A DNA stretch of 64,000 bases from positions 30,880 through 94,879 of the forward strand of contig CAWGGA010000029.1 of assembly GCA_963822015.1 (NCBI GenBank). Reading direction: 5' to 3'. This DNA is from an uncultured Acidobacteriaceae bacterium. GTDB taxonomy: Bacteria > Acidobacteriota > Terriglobia > Terriglobales > Acidobacteriaceae. The first letter of the stretch is position 1. Each line of letters starts with the position of its first letter. This document shows positions 28,294-39,096 of this stretch, piece by piece. The position numbers were made by a program, and so were the translations under genes. The notes under the pieces are model-generated. The model saw only the letters and a program-made list of their open reading frames with translations, ran no database searches and was not told the DNA's origin.

Positions 28294-29145
28294 ATGGACC
28301 AGCGAAGCGGACAACCGACGACCCTCCCCTGGGCCTATTTGCGCCTTCCGCCCTTTCCGCAGGTTGCCGTGAGGGTGTTGCAACTGGCAAAGAATGAGAA
28401 TGTGCAATTGCACCAACTGTGCGATCTGATTGCCTCAGACCCTGCGTTTGCCAGCGAGGTTCTGACGGTTGCCAATTCTCTTCTCTACGCTCCGCAGTAT
28501 CCTTCGACGAGCATCATGCAGGCCGTTGCCGTTCTCGGCGCCAATACGCTGCAGGGAATGTGCGTGACCGTAGGCGTGAGGGCCTATCTGGGTAAGGCGA
28601 TGAGCTACCCGGCGATGCGCAGATTGTGGCGGCATAACCTGGCATGCGCCATCATCGCGCAGCGGATTGCAGAGGCGGGGTCGATCGACAGGGACATGGC
28701 GTACACTTCGGGCATTTTGCACGACATTGGGCGCATGGCGCTGGCCGTGATTCAGCCCAAGGGGTACGCAGAGCTGATGGAGAAACATCACGGCGCGGCG
28801 GCCAGCATGCTTGAGGCCGAGCGGGAGATGTTCGGCTGGAATCACTGCGAGGTTGGCAGGCAACTGATTGGCGACTGGGAGCTGCCGAAGAACTTCGAGG
28901 CCGTGGTTGCGGATCATCATTCGGACAGGCGCGCGGACGGGGCGTGGGACCTGGCCGAACTGGTGAAGGTGAGTTGCGCCATGGCTTCGGCAGTGGGCTT
29001 TGCGGCGTTTTCAGGGTGCGAAGCTGCGTCGTACGCAAATATGCTCGATAAGCTGCCTGAGCGGGAAAGATCGGCTTTTCATCCCGATGCAGAGACGCTC
29101 AAAAACGATGTGGCCAAGAGCATCGAGGCGATCGAGTCGGTTTGA
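28294..29145 (+). CDS. HDOD domain protein
   Basis: LPPFPQVA, SDPAFASEVLTVANS, LWRHNLACA, GILHDIGR, HCEVG, W.LP, DHH. Confidence 0.92.
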   Translation: MDQRSGQPTTLPWAYLRLPPFPQVAVRVLQLAKNENVQLHQLCDLIASDPAFASEVLTVANSLLYAPQYPSTSIMQAVAVLGANTLQGMCVTVGVRAYLGKAMSYPAMRRLWRHNLACAIIAQRIAEAGSIDRDMAYTSGILHDIGRMALAVIQPKGYAELMEKHHGAAASMLEAEREMFGWNHCEVGRQLIGDWELPKNFEAVVADHHSDRRADGAWDLAELVKVSCAMASAVGFAAFSGCEAASYANMLDKLPERERSAFHPDAETLKNDVAKSIEAIESV

Positions 29146-29448
29146 ATTCGACAAATCCCATTGCAGCGCATGCGCCGGGACGCAGAAGGCCCGCAGCGCG
29201 GCGCGATTTTCGCTGGAGCCTGCACACGCACTGCGCCCGCACGAGATTGCGCTGCAACTGTTCCAGTGTTTGACTCCTGGTCCCGGGGTAGAAGCGGGCG
29301 GCGCATGCGGCGCGAGCGATGGTAATTTTAAAAAGGCGGGCGGTAACGGCGCAATGGCCGCCGAACCGCATCGAAGAGGATGACTTCGGCCCAGGATCGG
29401 CAGGGGGGCATCTTCTTTCCCCCATCTTACGGAGAGGCAAACATCCCC

Positions 29449-30726
29449 ATGAACACCTTCCTTGTCCATAGGCTCATTTCGAGATTCCATCGAGGTCTTC
29501 GCGCGGCGGCGCCAATCGCAGCGTTCGGCGTGGCGCTGGTTTGCGCCGCGCAAGGCAAGCCTGCTTCGCCAGCCGCCGGCAACTCCGCGCCCGATGTGCT
29601 GGTGCTGAGCAATGGCGACATATTGCACGGCAAATTTGTGAGCGAGATAGCGGGCAAAGTCACATTCCATAGCGATTCGCTGGGAGACATTGCTATTCCC
29701 TGGGACAAGATCAAGGAGCTGCATACGGCGAAAGAATTCGGCGTGTTGAATTCGGCGGTGAAGCTGCGCGGCAAGAAGAGCACAACAAAGATTCCCGTGG
29801 GCACGCTGGAGGTGACGAACCAGGCCGTGACGGTGCATCCGGCGAGCGCGGAGGCGATCGCGCCAATTCCGGTGAAGGATGCGCAATACATCATGGATGA
29901 AGCGACGCTGAACAAGCAGGTCAATCACGAACCGAGCTTTCTTGCCGGCTGGAACGGGCCAGCGACCGCTGGAGCGACGCTGGTGACCGCGACGCAGAAC
30001 CAGTACACTTTTTCGGGAGCGGTGGGGCTGGTGCGCGTGGTGCCCACGGTAAGCTGGCTGAATCCGCGCGACCGCACCTCGATGGATTTCAGCGGATCGT
30101 TTGGCAAGATCACACAGCCCGGATACGAAATCCCGGCATCCGGCACAACGCCCGCAAGCACTGTGGCAGCCGTGACGACGAAGACGGCCATCTACCATGC
30201 GGATGCGGAACGCGATGAGTACTTTTCACCGCGGTTCTTTGCGCTTGGCCAGACCGCATTCGACCACAATTTTTCGCAGAACCTTGCCCTGCAGCAGATC
30301 TACGGCGGCGGCATGGGGTGGACGGCGATCAAAACGCCGAAGCAGGAACTGGATGTGAAGGCGACGATCCAATATGAGAGCCAGCAATTCCTCGGCACCC
30401 CCGCCACGCCCGCGAATCCTACCCCGCCCACGGCCAGCCCAAGTACGAACCTGGTGGGATCGACCGTCTCGGCGAATTACGCGCTGCACATGAAGCTGGT
30501 CACTTACGCGCAGGGTCTCGCATTCATTCCTTCCTACAACCAGCCGCACGCGTACTCGGCCAACGAAACGAATACGTTTGCGTTTCCCGCATACAAGAAT
30601 CTGAGTTTTTCGATGGGAACTCTAGACAGCTATCTGAACAACGCTCCGATAGGGGAACCTCCCACAAAGCCGAATTCCTTTCAGTTCACGATGGGATTGA
30701 CGTACGCGATCAAGTCGAAGTACTGA
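29449..30726 (+). CDS. DUF481-like outer-membrane beta-barrel protein
   Basis: Signal peptide; DVLVLSNGDILHG N-domain; alternating beta-strand pattern ending FTMGLTY. Confidence 0.78.
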   Translation: MNTFLVHRLISRFHRGLRAAAPIAAFGVALVCAAQGKPASPAAGNSAPDVLVLSNGDILHGKFVSEIAGKVTFHSDSLGDIAIPWDKIKELHTAKEFGVLNSAVKLRGKKSTTKIPVGTLEVTNQAVTVHPASAEAIAPIPVKDAQYIMDEATLNKQVNHEPSFLAGWNGPATAGATLVTATQNQYTFSGAVGLVRVVPTVSWLNPRDRTSMDFSGSFGKITQPGYEIPASGTTPASTVAAVTTKTAIYHADAERDEYFSPRFFALGQTAFDHNFSQNLALQQIYGGGMGWTAIKTPKQELDVKATIQYESQQFLGTPATPANPTPPTASPSTNLVGSTVSANYALHMKLVTYAQGLAFIPSYNQPHAYSANETNTFAFPAYKNLSFSMGTLDSYLNNAPIGEPPTKPNSFQFTMGLTYAIKSKY

Positions 30727-30741
30727 GAGCGCGCAGGCAAA

Positions 30742-31914
30742 TCAGACCTTGACGAAGATCTTCCTGCGGTAAAGGAGCCAGACAGGAAGAAAGCAAACGG
30801 CGGTGTAGGAAACCGAAAAGATGAAGGCCCTCCAGCCGGGATCGGCGATGTGCATGAAGGCATGCAGGTATGTGAAACGGATCGCGTCCGTCTGCCGGCC
30901 GCCGGAGGTGAAGGAAACAAGCTGAATGGCCGGCACCAAAAGCTCGCTGATCATGTAGGCCACGATGGCATTCGACCCGAAGACCAGCCACGGCCACATT
31001 GCTTTTTTGCTCTGGCCCGATTTTCCCCAGCCGCGCCGCTCTACGGCCCAATAGAGAATGGCAAAGAGGAGCAGGGACCACCCTGCGGCGACGAGGACAT
31101 AGGAGCTGGTCCACATCTTCTTATTGAGGGGGAACCATACCGACCAGAGATAGCCTGAGGCGAGACAGATTGCCGCGCCCGCAGCCAGACCGCGCGCTTT
31201 GGTTCCGGCTGCACGCTCGCCGGCAAGCCACAACCCAGCCAGCAGGCCGAGGAGAGTGGTCCCAATCGCGGGAATGTCGCTGAGCAGCCCCTCAGGATCG
31301 CGCGCGTCATGAAGTGGAACGTCTTCGTAGAGATGGCCGGGCATGAGCTGCCGGTCGACCCACGCGACGATATTCTGGTTCTTGTCGAGGAAGGGAACGT
31401 CGCGGCCGGGAATGCCGGCTCCCGGCACCGGAACCCAGCGCACCAGAATCCAGTAGCCGGCGAGCACGCAGACGAGCACCGCAACCTTGGTCCAGACGCG
31501 GCGGTCCCACAGATAGAAGAGGCCGACAATCAGGTAGCAGACGGCGATGCGCTGCAGGACTCCGTAGAAGCGCATGTGCGTAAGGTGGAAGGCTGGAAAG
31601 TTGTTGACCACGATGCCAAGGAAAAACAATATGGCCGCGCGGCGCACCGTGTGCCAGGCCAGTTTTGCGCGCGAATCGCCGCGCTTGAGCCGCGCCTGAG
31701 TAGAAAAAACGATGGACGCGCCCACCACGAAGAGAAACGTGGGGAATACCAGATCGGTGGCGGTAAAGCCGTTCCAATCGGCGTGACGCATCTCGGTCCA
31801 GGCGCCGGGCCCTCCGGTGTTATTCACCATGATCATGAAAGCGATGGTGACGCCGCGGAGGACGTCAAGCGAAAGCAGGCGCTTCGGCGCGGGATTGATT
31901 ACCGGATCGGCCAT
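30742..31914 (-). CDS. Membrane acyltransferase of the heparan-alpha-glucosaminide N-acetyltransferase (NagX/DUF5009) family
   Basis: RLLSLDVLRG, H..WNG.T.TDLVFP.FLF, GVLQRIA, DPEGLLS, PLNKKMWTSSYV. Confidence 0.92.
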   Translation of the reverse strand: MADPVINPAPKRLLSLDVLRGVTIAFMIMVNNTGGPGAWTEMRHADWNGFTATDLVFPTFLFVVGASIVFSTQARLKRGDSRAKLAWHTVRRAAILFFLGIVVNNFPAFHLTHMRFYGVLQRIAVCYLIVGLFYLWDRRVWTKVAVLVCVLAGYWILVRWVPVPGAGIPGRDVPFLDKNQNIVAWVDRQLMPGHLYEDVPLHDARDPEGLLSDIPAIGTTLLGLLAGLWLAGERAAGTKARGLAAGAAICLASGYLWSVWFPLNKKMWTSSYVLVAAGWSLLLFAILYWAVERRGWGKSGQSKKAMWPWLVFGSNAIVAYMISELLVPAIQLVSFTSGGRQTDAIRFTYLHAFMHIADPGWRAFIFSVSYTAVCFLPVWLLYRRKIFVKV

Positions 31915-32155
31915 CTCAATTGGGCTCACCTTCAAGCGATAGATGCACCTACGCTACGCGACTAAGGCCTTCTTCGCCAAGGTGAGAATGATACCTCTTG
32001 CGGGGCCTGGTGCGGCGGTGCGAGACACGGTGCGCGCGAAAATGAAGGCGCCGGAGCAGGGGCGGTGCCGGAGTTCGGCCTGATGGTCCTGTGGCGTCCT
32101 GCCCCTTCCGCTGCTAAACTCGCCCTTCAGGGATTCGTAAGGAACTTCGCACTCA

Positions 32156-34351
32156 ATGACCGGGAGGTTCTTCGTGCCTGAGTTTCAGCCCTTCATTCCC
32201 GCTACGCAGAAGCCGCCGGAGCTGACGATCCGCGCTCTTCTGCTGGGCTCGTTTTTCGGCCTCGTTTTCGGCGCCGTCACGGTCTATGTGGGCTTGCGCG
32301 CCGGGCTCACGGTGGCCGCTTCGATTCCTATCGCGGTCCTTTCCATCAGCATTCTTCGCGCATTCGGCCGCGCCTCCATCCTGGAAAACAACATCGTCCA
32401 AACCACCGGCAACGCAGGCCAATCGATCGCTTCCGGGGTGATCTTTACCCTGCCGGCCCTGGTTTTTCTCGGCTTCGACCTCGAGTACACGCGGATCTTC
32501 ATGCTGGCGCTGATCGGCGGCTGGCTCGGCGTGCTGTTCATGATTCCGCTGCGCCGCCAGCTCATTGTGCAGGAGCACGGCACGCTGCCGTACCCCGAAG
32601 GCACGGCCTGCGCCGACGTGCTCATTGCCGGAGAGAAAGGCGGATCGCTGGCGAGCCGCGTCTTTCTGGGGCTGGGCCTGGGCGGCATTTATACCTTCTT
32701 CCAGAACAACAACCTCTTCGGCGCATGGCCCGGCGCTCCGGAGTACGATCCGGACTTCGGGCCTCAACATGTGATGAAGGGCGCGGCGATCAATGCCGAG
32801 GCCACATCGGAGTATCTGGGCGTGGGCTACATTATCGGGCCGCGCGTGGCGGGAGTTATCTTTGCCGGCGGCGTCATCTCCTGGCTCGTCATCATGCCGC
32901 TTATCTACTTTTTCGGGAAAGACCTCGCTCATCCCGTTTACCCAGGCCTGGTTCCCATCGCTCAAATGGAACCCAGCGACCTGTGGGCCACTTACATCAA
33001 GCCCATGGGCGCGGGCGCGGTGGCCGCGGCAGGTCTTATCACGCTCATCAAAACGCTACCCACCATCTTTGGCGCGCTGACCGCCGGATTCAAAACCATG
33101 CGGCCGGGCGCGGCGACGCAGGCAAAACCGATCCGCACTGAAAATGACCTCTCGATGCGCGTGGTGGTCGTCGGCTCGCTGCTCATCGTGGTTTTGATGT
33201 TCCTATTCCTCGAATTCAAGCCCGTTCCCGGAGCCTTTGTGGGCTGGGCCGCGAACCTTGCCGCCTCGCTTCTGGTGGTTGTTTTCGGATTTCTCTTCGT
33301 CACCGTCAGCTCGCGCATCGTGGGTCTGGTGGGATCGTCCGCGAGCCCCGTGTCGGGAATGACCATCGCTACCCTGATGGCTACGGCCGCGATCTTCCTG
33401 GTGCAAGGATGGACCGCGCCGGCGTTCAGCGCGCTGGCTATCACCATCGGAGGCGTGGTGTGCATCGCAGCTTCGAACGCCGGCGACACGTCGCAGGATC
33501 TGAAAACCGGCTACATCGTCGGTTCCACGCCGCGGATGCAACAGATCGCGCTGATGATCGGCGTGGTCGTGTCGACGATTGTGATCGGGTCAACGCTGAA
33601 CCTGATGAACACGGGGTTGCAGGAGTTCGACGCCACTGCGCAGCCGTGGGACATCAATGGGCCGCATCCCGGCGTGACGATTCAATCTGACACGCATCAT
33701 CTGCCCAACCAGATCCGCGTCACCAACGCCGACAACAGCATTACCGTTCATCAGAAGTCCGAGTACATTTTGCTGAACGCGATCGGGTCATCGGAACTGC
33801 AGGACGGGAAGTATCTCTATTCCCCCGCAACCCACCGCATTGAGGTGCATTGGATTCAGGGAATCGGCAGCGCAAGCGCACCGGCGCCGCAGGCGCGGCT
33901 GATGGCGACGGTGATCAATGGAATCCTGAGCCGCAAGCTGCCGTGGGGGCTGGTTCTGCTCGGCGTCTCGCTGGTCATCGCGGTGGAACTGCTCGGCATC
34001 CGCTCGCTGCCGTTCGCGGTTGGCGCTTATCTGCCGATCGGAACCACGCTGCCGATTTTTGCCGGCGGCGTGGTGCGCTGGCTGGTGGATTTGATGGCGA
34101 AGCGCGGCGGGGAAGCGGAGACAGAAAGCGAAATCTCGCCAGGATCTCTGTTTGCGTCGGGCTTGATTGCTGCCGGGGGCATTGTGGGCCTTTGCGGCGT
34201 GGCCCTGAAAGCGTACGAAGCGACGGTCGGCAAAGGCGACATTCTCAACTTCCCGCACACCTTCCTCTACCACGATGGAGTATCGGTAGCGGCGTTTTTG
34301 ATGCTGGCGTACTCGATGTATTACTTTGCGAGGAAGCCGCTGAAGAAGTAG
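32156..34351 (+). CDS. OPT family oligopeptide transporter
   Basis: ELTIRA, GLTVAASIP, ILENNIVQT, LPYPEGTAC, SPVSGMTI, DTSQDLKTG, APQARLM. Confidence 0.95.
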   Translation: MTGRFFVPEFQPFIPATQKPPELTIRALLLGSFFGLVFGAVTVYVGLRAGLTVAASIPIAVLSISILRAFGRASILENNIVQTTGNAGQSIASGVIFTLPALVFLGFDLEYTRIFMLALIGGWLGVLFMIPLRRQLIVQEHGTLPYPEGTACADVLIAGEKGGSLASRVFLGLGLGGIYTFFQNNNLFGAWPGAPEYDPDFGPQHVMKGAAINAEATSEYLGVGYIIGPRVAGVIFAGGVISWLVIMPLIYFFGKDLAHPVYPGLVPIAQMEPSDLWATYIKPMGAGAVAAAGLITLIKTLPTIFGALTAGFKTMRPGAATQAKPIRTENDLSMRVVVVGSLLIVVLMFLFLEFKPVPGAFVGWAANLAASLLVVVFGFLFVTVSSRIVGLVGSSASPVSGMTIATLMATAAIFLVQGWTAPAFSALAITIGGVVCIAASNAGDTSQDLKTGYIVGSTPRMQQIALMIGVVVSTIVIGSTLNLMNTGLQEFDATAQPWDINGPHPGVTIQSDTHHLPNQIRVTNADNSITVHQKSEYILLNAIGSSELQDGKYLYSPATHRIEVHWIQGIGSASAPAPQARLMATVINGILSRKLPWGLVLLGVSLVIAVELLGIRSLPFAVGAYLPIGTTLPIFAGGVVRWLVDLMAKRGGEAETESEISPGSLFASGLIAAGGIVGLCGVALKAYEATVGKGDILNFPHTFLYHDGVSVAAFLMLAYSMYYFARKPLKK

Positions 34352-34531
34352 GACAGCACAGGGAATTGCACAACTCCCGGTGCGTTTGGAAAAATGGTTT
34401 CGGGCGTGGCCGCTGAAACCCACTGACTTATGATGGAGATCGCGGGAAATCCACACAAGTCCAGTGATTGTCAAACGCTTCCACAAGGCAACTGTTGCTA
34501 ATCTTCAGAGTCCCTTCAATATGGGAAAAGG

Positions 34532-34825
34532 ATGAGCCAATCTGAGGCCGACGATTTGAGGACCTTACGCGGACCCGGCATTTGCCCGGTCTGTGGGAAG
34601 GCGATACCAGAAGGCAAATCTGTCGTCCGTGGGCTGGGTTCATTCTGCAGTTTGGAAGGCATCGCATCGAACTACGATGCGGAATTCGCCGAGAGATCTC
34701 GGCGCCTTGCAGTTGCTTTGAGAAACCAGCCCGCGCAAAACGGAGGATCAGTTGGCATCCGAAACCCTATTCCCCTATGGGCAGCCGATCGGCGAAGGCA
34801 TCTTGCCGTCTCAAGAAATTCATGA
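34532..34825 (+). CDS. Small hypothetical protein with a degenerate CxxCG...FCS zinc-finger-like motif
   Basis: AAAGG before the ATG; CPVCGKAIP...FCSLEG; the tail overlaps the next gene, so the 3' end is uncertain. Confidence 0.5.
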   Translation: MSQSEADDLRTLRGPGICPVCGKAIPEGKSVVRGLGSFCSLEGIASNYDAEFAERSRRLAVALRNQPAQNGGSVGIRNPIPLWAADRRRHLAVSRNS

Positions 34826-36038
34826 CCTCGTCCAATCCGGCAAAATCTCTTCCACTCGTGAGATCACGGAGGACCAGATTCAGCCGTCCAGCATCGACCT
34901 CCGTTTATCGCACGAAGCGTACAAGGTTCGCGCCAGCTTCCTGCCGGGAAATTCGACCACGCTGCTGGAGAGGGCTAAATGCAATCGGATGCTGATTGAA
35001 AAAGTAGACATTTCCGAAGGAGCGATATTAGAACCTCGCGTCATCTACATCATTCCATTGATGGAAACCCTGGCCCTCCCTTCGAACGTATACGGAATTG
35101 CCAATCCGAAAAGTACAACCGGGAGACTCGACATATTCACTCGTCTTATAACAGAGGGCGGTGACGAGTTCGAGCGCGTCCCGAAAGGCTACCCCGGAAG
35201 GCTCTACATCGAGGTCATTTCCCAAACCTTCCGGATTCTTGTCCGCGAGGGGATGAAACTAAATCAACTCCGCTTCGGACGAGGACGAAGGAGCGCCGTG
35301 GGTGAGGAGAAGCTGAGAGGGCTCGATCGAATGGACTTCCTCATTGAGCCAGATGAGGAGAACGGCCAAGCAAGGGTCGACCGAGGCTTACGGCTAACGG
35401 TGGACCTCCAAGGGAACGGGTCCGAAATTGTCGGTTATCGAGCGAAGACGACATCAGAGGTGATTGATCTTGGCTTGGTTAATCACTATGAGATCGCAGA
35501 CTTCTGGACTCCGATTACCAAAGGGGAAGAATGCATCCTGGAAACAGGAAAGTTCTACATTTTGGCGTCAAAACAGCGTGTTCGGGTCCCGCCGGAGCTG
35601 GCGGCCGAGATGCTCCCATACGATCTTTCGACGCAGGAGTTCCGCGTGCATTATGCTGGATTTTTCGATCCGGGTTTTGGATTTGGAGAAAATGGGGAGA
35701 TCCCCGGTACCCGCGCAGTGCTTGAAGTGCGAGCGAACGAAATGCCGATTCTGCTCGAGGATGACCAGTTCGTTGGGAGACTAACTTACTACAACATGGC
35801 GGCCAGGCCCAAGAAAGTCTACGGCGGCCCGATCGGGTCCAATTATCAACAGCAGGGATTGTCGCTCAGTAAACAGTTCAAGTGCGAATCTCCCGTGTCC
35901 GGTCACTCATCCGAATTGCGGCAAGACCCGAGGTGTGAGCAGGCATTAGACGTAGAAGATGAGCCTGATCTCCCGAAGTACGACTTCACCCTGGTCGAGC
36001 CCAATCCTCAACATCCGATCCGTGCCAGAAACCGATAG
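34752..36038 (+). CDS. dcd: 2'-deoxycytidine 5'-triphosphate deaminase (long two-domain DCD family)
   Basis: QIQPSSIDLRL, VRASFLPG, ANPKSTTGRLDIFTRLI, EFRVHYAGFFDPGFG, RAVLEVR, SNYQ.QGL.LSKQF; lower GC than flanks. Confidence 0.9.
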   Translation: MASETLFPYGQPIGEGILPSQEIHDLVQSGKISSTREITEDQIQPSSIDLRLSHEAYKVRASFLPGNSTTLLERAKCNRMLIEKVDISEGAILEPRVIYIIPLMETLALPSNVYGIANPKSTTGRLDIFTRLITEGGDEFERVPKGYPGRLYIEVISQTFRILVREGMKLNQLRFGRGRRSAVGEEKLRGLDRMDFLIEPDEENGQARVDRGLRLTVDLQGNGSEIVGYRAKTTSEVIDLGLVNHYEIADFWTPITKGEECILETGKFYILASKQRVRVPPELAAEMLPYDLSTQEFRVHYAGFFDPGFGFGENGEIPGTRAVLEVRANEMPILLEDDQFVGRLTYYNMAARPKKVYGGPIGSNYQQQGLSLSKQFKCESPVSGHSSELRQDPRCEQALDVEDEPDLPKYDFTLVEPNPQHPIRARNR

Positions 36039-36201
36039 GGCTGGTTCCCGACCTTGGGTTGCTGCGCGCAACACGGAATTCCCGCCGCGCGCAGGATACG
36101 GCGCAGTGTGAAAGGCGAGCGGCGCCCCTCCGCTACAATAGGGGGAAGCTCCTGCCAGCCGGGAACCCAAGTCCCTGGTTCGCCAGGAGCATTGACACAT
36201 T

Positions 36202-37714
<1,513 letters not shown>

Positions 37715-37725
<11 letters not shown>

Positions 37726-38273
37726 CCGGCGCGGTTCCAGGTTCTCCACCCCACGAACGAAGACCTGTCCGCGGACCGGTTCTCCACCCCACGGACGAAG
37801 ACCTGTCGCGGGGGCCCCGGTTCTGGATCAGCGCATGGTGGCCCGTGGCCGTGGGGATCGCGATCGTCATGGCGGAGTCAACGAAGTATTTCGGCACGGA
37901 CCGAACATCGCATCCGCTGCGGGTAATTTTTCAGGCGATCTTTGGGCCGGTGAGCGATGCGAGTTGGGATAACATCCACCACTACATTCGCAAGTCAGGG
38001 CATTTCCTGGGTTATGGCGCTCTTGGGCTGGCGTGGCTGCGCGCGTGGTGGTTGAGCCTGCCGCAATTCCGGTTTCTGTTCGACGCCGAGCTGGCGCTTT
38101 TGAGCACGGCGCTGGTGGCCAGCTTGGATGAGTGGCACCAGACTTTTCTTCCCAACCGGACGGGATCGCCATGGGATGTGCTGCTGGATTGCTGCGGCGC
38201 CCTCACCATGCAGTGGATCGTCTACATGTATCTCAAGCTGTTCCGGCGCAGCGGGTTGTTAGACCAAGATTGA
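37715..38273 (+). CDS. VanZ family membrane protein; 5' end interrupted by tandem REP-like copies and an indel
   Basis: [33 protein letters not shown]; FWISAWWPV resumes at ~37821. Confidence 0.88.
37740..37824. repeat. Two tandem copies of the REP-like element CCCCACGGACGAAGACCTGTC(C)GCGGGGGCCCCGG
   Basis: Copies at ~37740-37778 and ~37778-37820; homolog at 21975-22006 inside coaE. Confidence 0.8.
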
Positions 38274-38415
38274 CGAGCCTTGCGGGCGCGGAAGAAAGCG
38301 CTGCGCTGTTCGGCTCAAAGGCGTCTGACGACGCAGACACGAAAATCGGAATTTTGTGATATTGCCAAATAATTTCAATGATTTATCGGTGTATTTCATT
38401 TGTCATACGTTTTCC

Positions 38416-38445
38416 TTGCTTCCCCTTGTTTGCGCGTGCTAAGGT
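38416..38445 (+). promoter_or_regulatory. Possible promoter of the polysaccharide locus
   Basis: TTGCTT, 18-nt spacer, TAAGGT with extended -10 TG, downstream of an AT-rich tract (38350-38415). Confidence 0.35.
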
Positions 38446-38755
38446 AGTCTCGCTCACGGATCCACGCCTGGCGCAGGTAGCGCGCACCGCACTGAACTAT
38501 GGAGCACGCTTATCTCGAATCATTCGCGGTTGCCGTGTGCATTTTTGAAGCAAAGGTGAGAGGTACCGTCCAAACGGAATGGGACCGACAGGGGCGGAGC
38601 CTGTCTGGAATTCGCCTCTGGATGAGGCCCATCCCGTCCCGCCCAAAACCACACCTCTAAACTCCGGCTTCAATCCCCACGGGGTATCTTCAAAATGCCC
38701 CACTTCTGCAAGCGGCGCCTGCGCGCCGAAATCCCTTTCCCTACACGAGTTCAAT

Positions 38756-39028
38756 ATGAGAGTTTTGAGACCGCGGTCCCGTATCGTCAGCATCCGAATG
38801 TCTGAAGAAGAGTTCTCAACTCTGCGGCGGATTTGCGCCACGACAGGAGCGCGCAGCGTCTCTGACCTGGCGCGCGAAGCCATGCGCGGCATTTTGAATG
38901 GCGGAATTCAACAGGACGCCAGCGATGCGGCGAAGAGCGAGTACTTCGCCCAAATGAAAGACCTGGAACAAAAGGTCGAGAAACTGACTGCCGATGTTGC
39001 TTCGTTTAAGGCGGATCGCAACCTATAG
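38756..39028 (+). CDS. Small ribbon-helix-helix-like DNA-binding protein with C-terminal coiled coil
   Basis: IVSIRMSEEEFSTLRRIC..TGARSVSDLAREAM (strand-helix-helix pattern); MKDLEQKVEKLTADV coiled coil. Confidence 0.72.
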   Translation: MRVLRPRSRIVSIRMSEEEFSTLRRICATTGARSVSDLAREAMRGILNGGIQQDASDAAKSEYFAQMKDLEQKVEKLTADVASFKADRNL

Positions 39029-39096
39029 AGGTTGCTCCGCAGAGCGATGGACAGACGCAGCCGAACGTGCACGTGAACAGAAGGCACTCAATTCCA

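Noticed and set aside
34752-36038. Calling the dCTP deaminase a known anti-phage defence enzyme
   Set aside because: Motifs are of the dUTPase-like DCD family; there is no HxE/PCxxC zinc-deaminase motif and no P-loop kinase domain.
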